A stretch of 64,000 nt of DNA from an uncultured Thermoanaerobaculia bacterium (GCA_964595975.1 CAZQTL010000001.1:3164-67163), one strand, 5' to 3'. Positions 27,790 to 36,956 are shown, counted from the stretch's first letter. A program made the numbers and translations. Notes: generated by a model from the letters alone, not told the origin.

Positions 27790-28056
27790 CTACTGCGCCA
27801 TCGCGCCCGAGAAGGCGCCGTACATGCTCAGCGCGCTGCCGAGGGCGGCGACCACCGCGCAGACCAGCCAGCGCAGGAACGGCGTCTTGCAGGCCGCCCA
27901 GTTCTTGGCGATGTAGACCAGGATCACGAACGGGATCAGCAGGCTGCAGAGTCCCCAGCCGAGGCTGGTCTTGAACGCCATGATCAGGATCTGGATCGTG
28001 AAGATCAGTGCGCCGATGCCGCCCACCACCGAGAGAATCATGCCGAGAGTTCCCAC
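27790..28056 (-). CDS. Small 2-3 TM membrane protein (hypothetical)
   Basis: Trimmed to the GTG at 28056, with GGAGGAGA just upstream (or the ATG at 28041). The product reads ...MILSVVGGIGALIFTIQILIMAFKTSLGWGLCSLLIPFVILVYIA... The upstream part of the track ORF (to 28323) is Arg-rich and looks non-coding. Confidence 0.5.
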   Translation of the reverse strand: MGTLGMILSVVGGIGALIFTIQILIMAFKTSLGWGLCSLLIPFVILVYIAKNWAACKTPFLRWLVCAVVAALGSALSMYGAFSGAMAQ

Positions 28057-28351
28057 TTTTTCTCCTCCGCGATACGAACCGGCCGACTTCCGCCACGGGC
28101 AGGCGCGCCGGAGCACCCCTCCGGGGTCGTCTGCTCGCCGAAATCCGGCCTGAATTTGCTGACTGCTACTAAGAACGTGAAGACGCGGAAAATGGGGACA
28201 GGCCGCCCCGGCTTTACCGGGGGGCGCCCGTCGGGCTAGAGTTGGCGCTCCTGTAGCCCCTGCGCTACGCCGTCCGGTTCGGGTCCGCGGTCTGCCGCGG
28301 ACGCGCCGACGGGCCTCAGCCACCTCACGCTACGACCTCACGCGAGAGACC

Positions 28352-29074
28352 ATGGGACGCATATTCGAGACTCGCAAGCACGTGATGTTCGCCCGCTGGG
28401 ATAAGATGTCCAAGGCGTTCGCGCGCATCGGCAAGGAGATCACCATCGCCGTCAAGGCGGGGGGGCCGAACGCCGATACCAACCCGATGCTCCGCCGGGT
28501 CATGCAGAACGCCCGCGCCGTGAACATGCCGAAGGACAAGGTCGAATCGGCGATCAAGAAGGCCTCCGGCCAGAACGCCGTCGCCTACGAGGAGGTCCTG
28601 TACGAGGGCTACGCTCCGCACGGCGTCGCGGTGCTGATCGAGACCGCGACCGACAACACGGCCCGGACCGTCCCCAACCTGCGCACCCACTTCAACAAGG
28701 GGAACGGCAACCTCGGCACCACCGGCAGCGTCGCCTTCCAGTTCAAGCGCATGGGCGTCTTCCGTCTGCATCCCGAGAAGATCGACCAGGAGGCGCTCGA
28801 GCTCGAGCTGATCGACCACGGCCTCGAGGAGATGGGCGAGTCGGTCTCCGACAAGGGCGAGCCGCAGCTCGTCATCCGCGTCGCCTTCAACGACTTCGGC
28901 GTGATGCAGAAAGCCCTGGAAGACAAGGGGATCACGCCGATTTCCGCCGAGTCGGAGTACATCCCGCTGACCACCGTGGAGCTGCCGGAGAAGCAGGCGA
29001 ACGAGGTTCTCAAGCTCATCGACGTCCTGGAACAGGACGACGACGTCCAGAAGGTCTTCCACAACCTGGCCTGA
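28352..29074 (+). CDS. yebC: YebC/PmpR family DNA-binding transcriptional regulator
   Basis: 240 aa. It shows a full-length YebC signature ([30 protein letters not shown]..., ...[14 protein letters not shown]...). Confidence 0.9.
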   Translation: MGRIFETRKHVMFARWDKMSKAFARIGKEITIAVKAGGPNADTNPMLRRVMQNARAVNMPKDKVESAIKKASGQNAVAYEEVLYEGYAPHGVAVLIETATDNTARTVPNLRTHFNKGNGNLGTTGSVAFQFKRMGVFRLHPEKIDQEALELELIDHGLEEMGESVSDKGEPQLVIRVAFNDFGVMQKALEDKGITPISAESEYIPLTTVELPEKQANEVLKLIDVLEQDDDVQKVFHNLA

Positions 29075-29086
29075 TCCGCCGGGGAG

Positions 29087-29965
29087 CTAGGAGCGCGGCA
29101 GCTCCGGCAGCAGGTGGGGGCGCCAGAGCGGTTCGGCCAGCTCCGGGCGAAAGAAGCCGAAGTGCCCGATCCGGCGCAGCCCGAGGTCGGCGGGGGCGAA
29201 GCGCTTCATGTTGCGCCGGGCGCCGCTGTAGAAGCGATGCAGCGACTCGGTGTTGCGCTCGGACATGAAGTCGTCGTCGGTGAACGAGAACGAGACGATC
29301 GGCGTCGTGACCCCTGCGTAGAGCCGCCGCGCGAGCTCGCCCTCGACGCCGACCGCATATTCAGGGTGCAGGCACCAGCGCCGCCACTGCGCCATCACCC
29401 CCTTCGGCAGGTCGCCCACCATCTTCAGACGCTTGCCGGGGAAGTAGCCGAAGAGCGCCAGCGAGGTCGGCACGACGCCGTACCAGAGGAGGCCGGCGAA
29501 ACGCCGCAGCCGCGGCGAGTTCTCGCGCCAGTAGCCGCTGCCGCTGGCGACGGTGACCATCCTGGCGACGGCTTCTCGATTGGGTACGAAGGGCAGAATC
29601 TGCCCACCCAGGCTGTGCCCGAGCCAGGAGAGGGGCTTCCCGGGGGCTTCAGCCAGGGCGAGATCGACCATGGAGGCGCAATCTTCCCGCGCCCAGTCGA
29701 GCAGACCGACCTCGAAGCCGCGCAGGGAGCGCCGGTGCTCCGGAGGGCGGGAGAGCCCCACGCCGCGATAGTCGAAAGTGAGAGCGACATAGCCCTCGCC
29801 GGCGAGCCACCTGGCAAGCGGCGCGTAGAAGCCCTGGGAGACCCCCATGGCCGGAACGAGGAGGACGGCTCCCCGGAGAGCGGTCCCCGGGCGGAAGAGC
29901 CGCGCCACGAGGTGTTGCCCGGCGGCGACCTCCACGGCGCGCTGCTCGAACGCCTCACCGTCCAT
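29087..29965 (-). CDS. Alpha/beta-fold hydrolase
   Basis: Start set at MDGEAF (29965). The nucleophile elbow GHSLGG is present and the overall layout is alpha/beta hydrolase. The track ORF's extra 73 N-terminal residues look non-coding. Confidence 0.7.
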   Translation of the reverse strand: MDGEAFEQRAVEVAAGQHLVARLFRPGTALRGAVLLVPAMGVSQGFYAPLARWLAGEGYVALTFDYRGVGLSRPPEHRRSLRGFEVGLLDWAREDCASMVDLALAEAPGKPLSWLGHSLGGQILPFVPNREAVARMVTVASGSGYWRENSPRLRRFAGLLWYGVVPTSLALFGYFPGKRLKMVGDLPKGVMAQWRRWCLHPEYAVGVEGELARRLYAGVTTPIVSFSFTDDDFMSERNTESLHRFYSGARRNMKRFAPADLGLRRIGHFGFFRPELAEPLWRPHLLPELPRS

Positions 29966-30026
29966 ACGCGACAGATTAGGACGCCGGCCTTTCCATCGCA
30001 AGCGCGAGCCGGTTAGAGTCCGCCGA

Positions 30027-30695
30027 ATGTTCCTCGGGCATTTCGCCGTCGGGCTCGGTGCGAAGCGGGCAGCACCGGCGCTCTCGCTGGGTCTCCTGTT
30101 CGCGGCGGCGCAGTTCGCCGACCTGCTGTGGCCCAACCTGGTGCTCGCCGGAGTCGAGAAACTCGAGATCGTGCCCGGTGCCACGGCGGTGAATCCGCTG
30201 CGTTTCGTCTCTTATCCCTGGTCGCACAGCCTCGTCGCCCTCGTCGCCTGGGGCGTCCTGCTGGCGGTGCTGGCGGTCCTGCTGCGCAAGGGGCGCCTCT
30301 TCGACGCCGGCATGGTGGTGGCCGTGGTGGCCAGTCACTGGCTGCTCGACGTCGCCTCGCACATTCCGGACATGCCGGTGACTCTCACTGGAGAGACGCG
30401 GCTGGGATGGGGGCTCTGGCGTTCGCTCCCCGCCACCCTGGCGGTCGAAATGCTGCTGCTCGCTGCGGGAGCGGCGATCTACCTGCGCTCGACCCGGGCG
30501 CGCGACCGGGTCGGGTCGCTCGGCCTCGCGGTCCTGCTGGTGCTCCTGGTCGCGATCTATGGCGCCAGCCTCGTCGGTCCGCCGCCGCCTTCGCCCCAGG
30601 TCGTGGCGTGGAGCGCCGAGGCGATGTGGCTGTTCGTGCTCTTCGGCTGGTGGGTCGACCGTCACCGCGAGACGCGTCCTCGCCCAGCCGGCTGA
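30027..30695 (+). CDS. Membrane-embedded metal-dependent hydrolase-like protein (YdjM/DUF457-like)
   Basis: The ATG at 30027 gives MFLGHFAVGLGAK... The protein is polytopic with conserved His residues (SHSL, SHWLLDVASH). Confidence 0.45.
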   Translation: MFLGHFAVGLGAKRAAPALSLGLLFAAAQFADLLWPNLVLAGVEKLEIVPGATAVNPLRFVSYPWSHSLVALVAWGVLLAVLAVLLRKGRLFDAGMVVAVVASHWLLDVASHIPDMPVTLTGETRLGWGLWRSLPATLAVEMLLLAAGAAIYLRSTRARDRVGSLGLAVLLVLLVAIYGASLVGPPPPSPQVVAWSAEAMWLFVLFGWWVDRHRETRPRPAG

Positions 30696-30722
30696 CGCCG
30701 GCCGCCCGGCGACCGGGGCCGG

Positions 30723-32285
30723 TCAGTGCCCGCCGGCGTCGTCGGGCACGGTCAGCCAGCGGGCGAGCAGGAAGACGGCCGCCATGATCGCGTAGCCGCC
30801 CACCCAGGGCCAGGCGGGGGTGAGCGAGACGACGGTATCCGAAGCGACGAAACGATAGGAGTGCAACAGGCCGGCCGCGGACAGCGCGGCGGCGATGCCG
30901 CACCAGAGGGCGGCGAGGGCGAAGCGGCGCTCGATGATGGCAACGGTCGCGGCGGAGAGGATCATCGCCGTGAGGATGAATCCCTGGTCGAGCGCGAAGG
31001 CGCCGTGCGCCCAGGTGTCCGAGCCCAGGAACGACGCGATCAGCTGCTCGCCGAACGGCGGTCCGCCCGGCAGGCCGACGCCGGCGGCGCGCAGGCCGTT
31101 CTTGAGCTGCAGCGCTCCCCAGGCGGCGACCCCGGGGAGGAGACCGACCACCACCGCCGGGGCGTGCTCGCGCGGTGTCGCCTGGAAGGCCTGGGCGGTG
31201 ATGACGATGCCGATCCAGAGCACGATCGCCATGCCGGCGTCGATCGGCACGGCCCACGCGATCCAGGCGAGACCTCCGGAGAAGCAGACCAGGGTGAAGA
31301 AGCCGGCGTTCAGGATCGAGTAGCCGGCGCGCGCGCCCATCGCCTTCCAGCCGGGATGGCCGATGTAGATCGTCGTCGGAAAACAGGAGCCGAACAGGGC
31401 GGCGGCGAGCGTGCCGAGGCCGTTGACGGCGAGCGCCGGACGGGTCGGATAGATGTCCCCGGCGGCCTCGGCCGACTCGATGTTCTGCATCGAGCCAATC
31501 ACGTTGAACAGCCCCATCGGCAGGATCACGGAGAGGTAGACCAGCCAGTCTCCCTGCATGGCGGCGAAGAGCTCGCGCAAGACCGGCAGCGGCAGGTGCA
31601 GCTGGAACGAACCCTGCGGCAGCGAGCCGACCGGTGCGATGCCGGCGGCCCAGGCGAGGGCGGTGCCGACGGCGACGGCGATCAGTCCGCCGGGCAGCCC
31701 GCCGCGGAAGCGCACTCTGCCGAAGTAGACCAGCAGGACGATGGCGAGCGTGGTGAGGCCGACGATCGGCCGGGCGTAGGTGCGGAACAGAAAGCCGAGC
31801 GAGATGAAGGTGAGAGCGATGCCGGCCAGGGTCGAAAGAAGCGCGGCCCGCGGAGTCGACCTGCGGATGCGTTCCGCGACCAGTGCCCCGGCGAGCTCGA
31901 TGAGCCCCGACCCGATGCAGGCCACGAGCCCCGCCTGCCAGGCGATCGTCGACGGGTCGGCCGCGCCGGCCGCTTCTGCGGCGAGCTTCGCCGGCAGCAT
32001 GACGAGGAAGACATAGGCAAACAGCGAAACCGTGTTGATGCCGTAGGGCAGGGCGCAGACGTCGGTCCGGCCGGTCCTGCGGGCGAGCGACATCGCCAGA
32101 CGGGCATAGTAGAGATTGCCCACCAGGAGCGAGACCGCCGCGCCGGGCAGAATCCGGCCGTAGACCAGCTCGACCGGGAAGCCCAGGACACCGCGGCAGA
32201 GGGCGTCGATGACCAGCAGCTGGACCAGGTTGTCCAGCGCCAGGCCGAAGAATCCGTCGATGTCGCCGCGGGTCATCCACTTCAT
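30723..32285 (-). CDS. NCS2/AzgA-like nucleobase-type permease
   Basis: 520 aa and polytopic. The N-terminus MKWMTRGDIDGFFGLALDNLVQLL, and later GSMQNIESAEAAGD, resemble the AGZA xanthine/uracil permease-like subfamily. Confidence 0.55.
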   Translation of the reverse strand: MKWMTRGDIDGFFGLALDNLVQLLVIDALCRGVLGFPVELVYGRILPGAAVSLLVGNLYYARLAMSLARRTGRTDVCALPYGINTVSLFAYVFLVMLPAKLAAEAAGAADPSTIAWQAGLVACIGSGLIELAGALVAERIRRSTPRAALLSTLAGIALTFISLGFLFRTYARPIVGLTTLAIVLLVYFGRVRFRGGLPGGLIAVAVGTALAWAAGIAPVGSLPQGSFQLHLPLPVLRELFAAMQGDWLVYLSVILPMGLFNVIGSMQNIESAEAAGDIYPTRPALAVNGLGTLAAALFGSCFPTTIYIGHPGWKAMGARAGYSILNAGFFTLVCFSGGLAWIAWAVPIDAGMAIVLWIGIVITAQAFQATPREHAPAVVVGLLPGVAAWGALQLKNGLRAAGVGLPGGPPFGEQLIASFLGSDTWAHGAFALDQGFILTAMILSAATVAIIERRFALAALWCGIAAALSAAGLLHSYRFVASDTVVSLTPAWPWVGGYAIMAAVFLLARWLTVPDDAGGH

Positions 32286-32319
32286 GCCGGTCTCTCCCGC
32301 TCGCGCTCCGGATCCGGGC

Positions 32320-34737
32320 TCAGTTCGGGTTCGGGCCGCAATAGTCGAGGTTGGTCTCGATATCGAGGTTGGTCGGGAAGTCGACCCCGAGCGCGTTCTG
32401 CTGGCTGTAGACCTTGCCCGTCCAGGTGTCGGTGATCGTCAGACTCGCCGAGACGTTGGTGAGGCCGGCGATCGAGACCCAGGTGTTGCCGTTGTAGCTG
32501 CAGGCGTCGACCAGCTTGAACAGCATCTCGTAGTTGGTGCCGTTGAAGAACCAGGCGTAGCCCGAGCCCTCGTTCTTCTTGATCAGGTGAGCGTAGCCGC
32601 TGCCGCCGTTGAAATCGCTCCAGGTCCCCTGGACGCGGAAGCGGCCGTTCTGCAGGCAGATCGACCGATCGCCGTCGGGCACGCACGGCGCGATCAGGGC
32701 GGGATCGGTTCGTTCGATGAGCTGCGGAACGCCCGGCGCGGGCAGGTCGTCCCTCGTGTCGATGGTCTCCGCCGCCGGGCCGCTGCCGTCGCAGCGGAAG
32801 ATCGTGTCGATGTCGAGGTGGCCGTTGGAGTTGTAGCCCAGGGGGTTGTGGTACGTCAGGGTCTGCAGCGTCGCGGTGTCGCGGATGACGAGATCCATTT
32901 CGACGTTCGACAGCGCCCGCCAGAAGACCCAGTAGCTGCCGGTGCTGCCGCAGCCGTTGATGATCTTGACGATGAGCTCGTTGCTCTGGGCGTTGAAGAA
33001 CCAGAAGTCGCCGGACTGGTTCGAGAGAACGGTCGCCCGGCCCTGGCCGGTGCGGTTCTGGAAGTCGCGCCAGGTCACGCCGATGTTGAACTTGTCGCTC
33101 TGCAGGCAGAGGGTGGTGGCGTCGGGAGTGCAGGCGTCGGCGGGCTCCTCTTCCGGCAGGCCGGAGAGATAGAGCTCGACCTCGTCGTTGACGTCCTCGT
33201 CGGCGGCGTAGAGGACGTCGTAGTTGTTGGTCGGCGAGATCTCGTAGGCGGGAACCTGGATGTAGGAGATCACGACCTCGCCGCCGGCGACCTGCCTGCC
33301 GCTCACGTTCTCCACCGTGCCGCCGGCGATCGGCGCGCGCAGCAGCTCGTCGACGCCGTCGTCGTCCTGGTCGGCGCCGTAGACCACCCACGCGCCGTTC
33401 GGGCTGACGCGGAAGTTCTGCACGTCGCCGCCGGAAACCAGAGAGCGGTTGAGCTTCACGGCGGCGCCGCCTGCGAGCGGCGCACTCCAGAGCTCGTTCA
33501 GGGTGTCGACCTCCTGATCGGCGCGATAGACGACCCGGGCACTGTCCGGGCTGACCTCGAAGTCCAGCACGTCGCCCCCGGCGACCAGCGCGCCATTGAG
33601 CCGCACGGCCGTTCCACCCGCCACCGGAACGCTCCAGAGCTCGTCGACGGTGTCGACGTCCTGGTCCGCGCGATAGACCACCCGCGTGCCGTTGGGGCTG
33701 AGGAGAAAGTCGCCGGCGACGTCGCGCGCGGCGCTGAGGGCGCCGTTCAGCACGGTTGCCGTGCCGCCGCCGATCGGCACGCTGTAGAGCTGGAAGAGGA
33801 AGGCCTGCGCCTGGTCGGCGCGGTAGACGACCCGCGAGCCGTTGGGGGTGATCAGGAACCCGCTCGAGACCGACCCGCCGGGAGGCAGCGCACCGCTCAA
33901 CGCGATCGGGACGCCGCCACCGATCGGCACGGCAAAGAGCTCGTGCGACTCGTCGACGTCGGCGTCGGCGCGATAGACGACCGTCGCGCCGTTCGGGCTG
34001 ATCTGAAAGTCGCCGTCGACGGCGCCGCCCGAGACGAGCGTAGGACTGAGCTTGACCGCATCTTCGAGCGGTCCGTCCGCGGGAACGCTCCACAGCTCTC
34101 CGTTGCCGTAGGCCGTGGCGACGAGCTGGAAAACGACGGTCGAGCCGTCGGGGCTGACGCGGTAGGCGTCAACGTCCCAGGCGGAGCTCTGGTTGGGGTC
34201 GAGGCGCACCGAAGCGCCGCCGGCGATCGGCACGCTGTAGAGCCCGAAGGTGTTGTCGGTGACTTTGTCGGCGACGTAGAAGACCCGGTCGGAGGTGGGG
34301 GAGATCAGGAAATTGATCACATTCCGGCCGTCGGCGAGGTTGAAATTGAGGCGGGTCGAGGCGCCGCCGCCGATCGGAACGCTGTAGAGCTCCGTCTTGC
34401 CCGGCGTGTCCTGGTCGACCATGTAGACGACGCGGGCGCTGTTGGGGCTGATGGCGAAGGCGACGTGCTGGCCGGAGGAGAGGACGTCGGACAGCCGCAC
34501 CGGCGCGCCGCCGGCGAGCGCGACACTCCAGAGCTCGAAGGCGCCGTCGGTGATCGCGTCCTGGCCGTAGACGGCGTAGAGACCGTTGGGGCTGAACTTG
34601 GGGTGCGTCTTGGTGAAGTCCACCGCGCTGAACGGATGCCCGGCGCTCAACTGTGTCGAGGAAGCGGCGGCGGGGGCGGCGGAGCCGCCGAGGACCAGGA
34701 CAATGAGTGCCGCGCAGGCCGAGAAGTTTCTGGACAT
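32320..34737 (-). CDS. Secreted multi-blade beta-propeller protein (TolB/PD40-like repeats) with two copies of a 4-Cys C-terminal domain
   Basis: 805 aa with signal peptide MSRNFSACAALIVLVLGGSAAPAAA. About ten ~49-aa repeats follow the pattern SP[ND]G..VVY.AD......EL[WY]SVP[IV].GG...[RK]L. The protein ends in two ~120-aa Cys-containing modules. Confidence 0.75.
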   Translation of the reverse strand: MSRNFSACAALIVLVLGGSAAPAAASSTQLSAGHPFSAVDFTKTHPKFSPNGLYAVYGQDAITDGAFELWSVALAGGAPVRLSDVLSSGQHVAFAISPNSARVVYMVDQDTPGKTELYSVPIGGGASTRLNFNLADGRNVINFLISPTSDRVFYVADKVTDNTFGLYSVPIAGGASVRLDPNQSSAWDVDAYRVSPDGSTVVFQLVATAYGNGELWSVPADGPLEDAVKLSPTLVSGGAVDGDFQISPNGATVVYRADADVDESHELFAVPIGGGVPIALSGALPPGGSVSSGFLITPNGSRVVYRADQAQAFLFQLYSVPIGGGTATVLNGALSAARDVAGDFLLSPNGTRVVYRADQDVDTVDELWSVPVAGGTAVRLNGALVAGGDVLDFEVSPDSARVVYRADQEVDTLNELWSAPLAGGAAVKLNRSLVSGGDVQNFRVSPNGAWVVYGADQDDDGVDELLRAPIAGGTVENVSGRQVAGGEVVISYIQVPAYEISPTNNYDVLYAADEDVNDEVELYLSGLPEEEPADACTPDATTLCLQSDKFNIGVTWRDFQNRTGQGRATVLSNQSGDFWFFNAQSNELIVKIINGCGSTGSYWVFWRALSNVEMDLVIRDTATLQTLTYHNPLGYNSNGHLDIDTIFRCDGSGPAAETIDTRDDLPAPGVPQLIERTDPALIAPCVPDGDRSICLQNGRFRVQGTWSDFNGGSGYAHLIKKNEGSGYAWFFNGTNYEMLFKLVDACSYNGNTWVSIAGLTNVSASLTITDTWTGKVYSQQNALGVDFPTNLDIETNLDYCGPNPN

Positions 34738-34849
34738 TTCGACTGCCTTTCCGTGAGGCGGAGTGCTTCATTCGTGGAGAACTTGCTTCGTCTGCGGAAG
34801 ATAGCGGAGGTGGGCGCTGGCTGAAAGGGGAGAGCGACAGTGGACCCGC

Positions 34850-35076
34850 TAGGGTTCGGGGGCGGCGGAAGCGGCGTCGATAACCGGCAGGTACAGGAAT
34901 CCATCGGCGATCTCACTCCACGGAGCCCTCCGGGGCAACATGCCGAAGGCCAATGCGACGAAGTCCTGAAGTCCTCCCCGGCCAGCCTTGAAGGAGCACA
35001 GATTTATCCATCCAGCGGGAAGGCCTCGACTCTGGAGCTCGGCTTCGAGGACATCCCGGCGAGTCGGCGCTCTCGG
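34850..35076 (-). pseudogene. 3' remnant of an erythromycin-esterase-like paralogue (last ~75 codons only)
   Basis: The reverse frame reads PRAPTRRDVLEAELQSRGLPAGWINLCSFKAGRGGLQDFVALAFGMLPRRAPWSEIADGFLYLPVIDAASAAPEP*. This aligns with the C-terminus of the intact gene at 35631-36956 (...RQDVLEAALQDRDFPAGWVNLRAW...FVALAFGMLPRKAPWAEVADGFLYLPVIDAASASPAP*). There is no start codon, and the fragment begins directly at the toxin gene's stop codon. Confidence 0.7.
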
Positions 35077-35379
35077 CTAGACCTGCGCAGTCGACCCACG
35101 ACTCGTGTGCCAGAGAGCGACGATCTGAATGCTGTCGTCGCTGGCCACGCGGTAGTAGAGGTAGTGACGGATGCGGTAAAGGTGGACTCGCCGCACAGAT
35201 TCGAGCCCGGGATCCAAGGCCGGAGATCCGACGTCAGGCTGCGAGCTGATCAGGAGAAATGCCCGTTCCAACTCGGTGCGGACCAGATCCGGGGCCGACC
35301 GCCGGTTCTCGATCCACCAGTCGTTCGCCTCGCGGATCTGTCTTTTGGCATCGGAAGTGACGCGAATGCCGAGTGCCAC
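35077..35379 (-). CDS. Type II toxin-antitoxin system toxin, RelE/ParE family
   Basis: 100 aa. The ParE-like pattern is present (...A..QIREANDWW..., RRVHLYRIRHYLYYRVASDDSIQIVALWH). It lies 3 nt downstream of a small acidic antitoxin-like ORF. Confidence 0.8.
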   Translation of the reverse strand: MALGIRVTSDAKRQIREANDWWIENRRSAPDLVRTELERAFLLISSQPDVGSPALDPGLESVRRVHLYRIRHYLYYRVASDDSIQIVALWHTSRGSTAQV

Positions 35380-35382
35380 GCT

Positions 35383-35601
35383 TCAGCGCTTGAGCTCGTC
35401 GAGGAGCGTCAGCCCGTCCGAAAGGTCGTCGCTGTCGGCCTGAGCGATCGAGATACGAAGCCGTTCTTGCTCCTCCGCGGAGAGGCGAAATCCCTCTTCC
35501 TCGCCGTCCGGCACAAGCACCACCAGCGTGGCACCTTCCTTCGCCGCGCCCTCGGGCAGCTCCAACCGGCCATCCACCACCTCGGCGCTGAGGACTCTCA
35601 T
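35383..35601 (-). CDS. Putative antitoxin of the ParE/RelE pair
   Basis: 72 aa and acidic. It sits immediately upstream of the toxin, in typical antitoxin-toxin order and size. Confidence 0.6.
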   Translation of the reverse strand: MRVLSAEVVDGRLELPEGAAKEGATLVVLVPDGEEEGFRLSAEEQERLRISIAQADSDDLSDGLTLLDELKR

Positions 35602-35630
35602 GGCGGCATTCTACGCTCCCTCTGAGGAGG

Positions 35631-36956
35631 CTAAGGCGCGGGGGAGGCAGAAGCGGCGTCGATGACCGGCAGGTAGAGAAACCCGTCGGCAACTTCGGCC
35701 CAGGGGGCCTTTCGGGGCAACATGCCGAAGGCCAGCGCGACGAAATCGCCCCGATTCTCCGGATCTGCTTTCCAGGCGCGCAGATTCACCCAACCGGCAG
35801 GGAAGTCTCGATCCTGCAGCGCCGCCTCGAGAACGTCCTGGCGATCGGACGGAACGCAGTGCTCGCGCTCGCCGCTCCTCCACACGTGCTCTCCCGAGGT
35901 CGTCATCAGGGAGAAGAGGCGATCGCCCAGGCTCTCGGAAAGATACTGTCCCATCGGGCGCTCGCCCGGGTTGGCGAGCTCGTCGCCGTCCCAGACCTCG
36001 GCGAGAGTCCGTGCGTTGTGCAGGTTGGCCGCCCACACGATGATCTTCTCGCCGGGGAAGTGCGCCCTCAACCAGGTCACGCTGTCGGCCATGGTGCGAT
36101 CGCGGATCAGCGGGATTTCGGGATCGCCCGGGTTGCCCAAGCGATAACGAGCCAAGGCATCCACATGCACGAGCACCTGTTGCCAGAACGCGTCCTCCGG
36201 GCTCACCGGCCAAGCCGGGAGGCTCGCCAAGCACGAGGTCGAGATTCGGAGCGCAGCGGAAAGTGGCGCAAGCTGGGCTCGCTGTTGCGCGGGCGCCTCT
36301 TCTCTTAGTTCTGCGAGCTCCACCAAGGAAACGCGGATCGTTTCGGTCCAGGACGATGAGCAGCCTCTTGCAGCGAGGTAGGTCACAGCTTCGGAGACGA
36401 AGCGCAGCGCCTTCTCGGGAGTGCCGCCGTTGATGAAAGCGGGATCGACGCCGGCGAGACGCAGGGGGCGGTCGCCCTTCATCTGCGCCGCGAGATAGCG
36501 GAAGAGCGGCGCTCCGTGCCGCTTCGACCACCCGCCATGGACGCCCTCCGCGAGGACCGTTACCGGGTCCGCCGCATTCTGCGCATCTTCCCAGGCCCGC
36601 GTGGTGCCGTAGAAGGAGGCCTCGTAGGCAAGGATGCTGAAGCCCAGGCGGGCGTGCAGGAACCTGACCAGCCGGGCACGCGCCGCCACGCCCGTATTCG
36701 ACCCGTGAAGCGGCTCGCCCAGAAGGACGACTTCGACCCCGGCGAGCGCCCTCTCGAGGCTCTCAAAGTCGGAGAAATCCGTATCCTCCGGATCGATGCT
36801 GCGAATTGGAGAAAAATGGTCGGCAGCCTGCGCTGCATAGCCGACCTTCGGCAGGCTCGAACCGCAACCGGCGAGTGACAGTCCCAGGGCGCCCACCAGA
36901 CCGAGCAGGGACCACAATCGCGCCGCAGGGTCGTTCCATTGCCGGTCTTTTCTCAT
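35631..36956 (-). CDS. Erythromycin esterase (Ere/ChaN-like) family lipoprotein
   Basis: 441 aa with a lipobox (LSLAGC). The motif VVLLGEPLHGSN matches the family's E-x-x-HG motif, and AANLHNAR occurs later. Confidence 0.65.
   Translation of the reverse strand: MRKDRQWNDPAARLWSLLGLVGALGLSLAGCGSSLPKVGYAAQAADHFSPIRSIDPEDTDFSDFESLERALAGVEVVLLGEPLHGSNTGVAARARLVRFLHARLGFSILAYEASFYGTTRAWEDAQNAADPVTVLAEGVHGGWSKRHGAPLFRYLAAQMKGDRPLRLAGVDPAFINGGTPEKALRFVSEAVTYLAARGCSSSWTETIRVSLVELAELREEAPAQQRAQLAPLSAALRISTSCLASLPAWPVSPEDAFWQQVLVHVDALARYRLGNPGDPEIPLIRDRTMADSVTWLRAHFPGEKIIVWAANLHNARTLAEVWDGDELANPGERPMGQYLSESLGDRLFSLMTTSGEHVWRSGEREHCVPSDRQDVLEAALQDRDFPAGWVNLRAWKADPENRGDFVALAFGMLPRKAPWAEVADGFLYLPVIDAASASPAP

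Noticed and set aside
28270-28300. GGTTCGGGTCC, a string resembling a tRNA T-arm (GGTTCGAATCC).
   Set aside because: The flanking bases do not form a T-stem, and no acceptor, D or anticodon arms can be built around it. I found no tRNA, rRNA or tmRNA signatures anywhere in the window.
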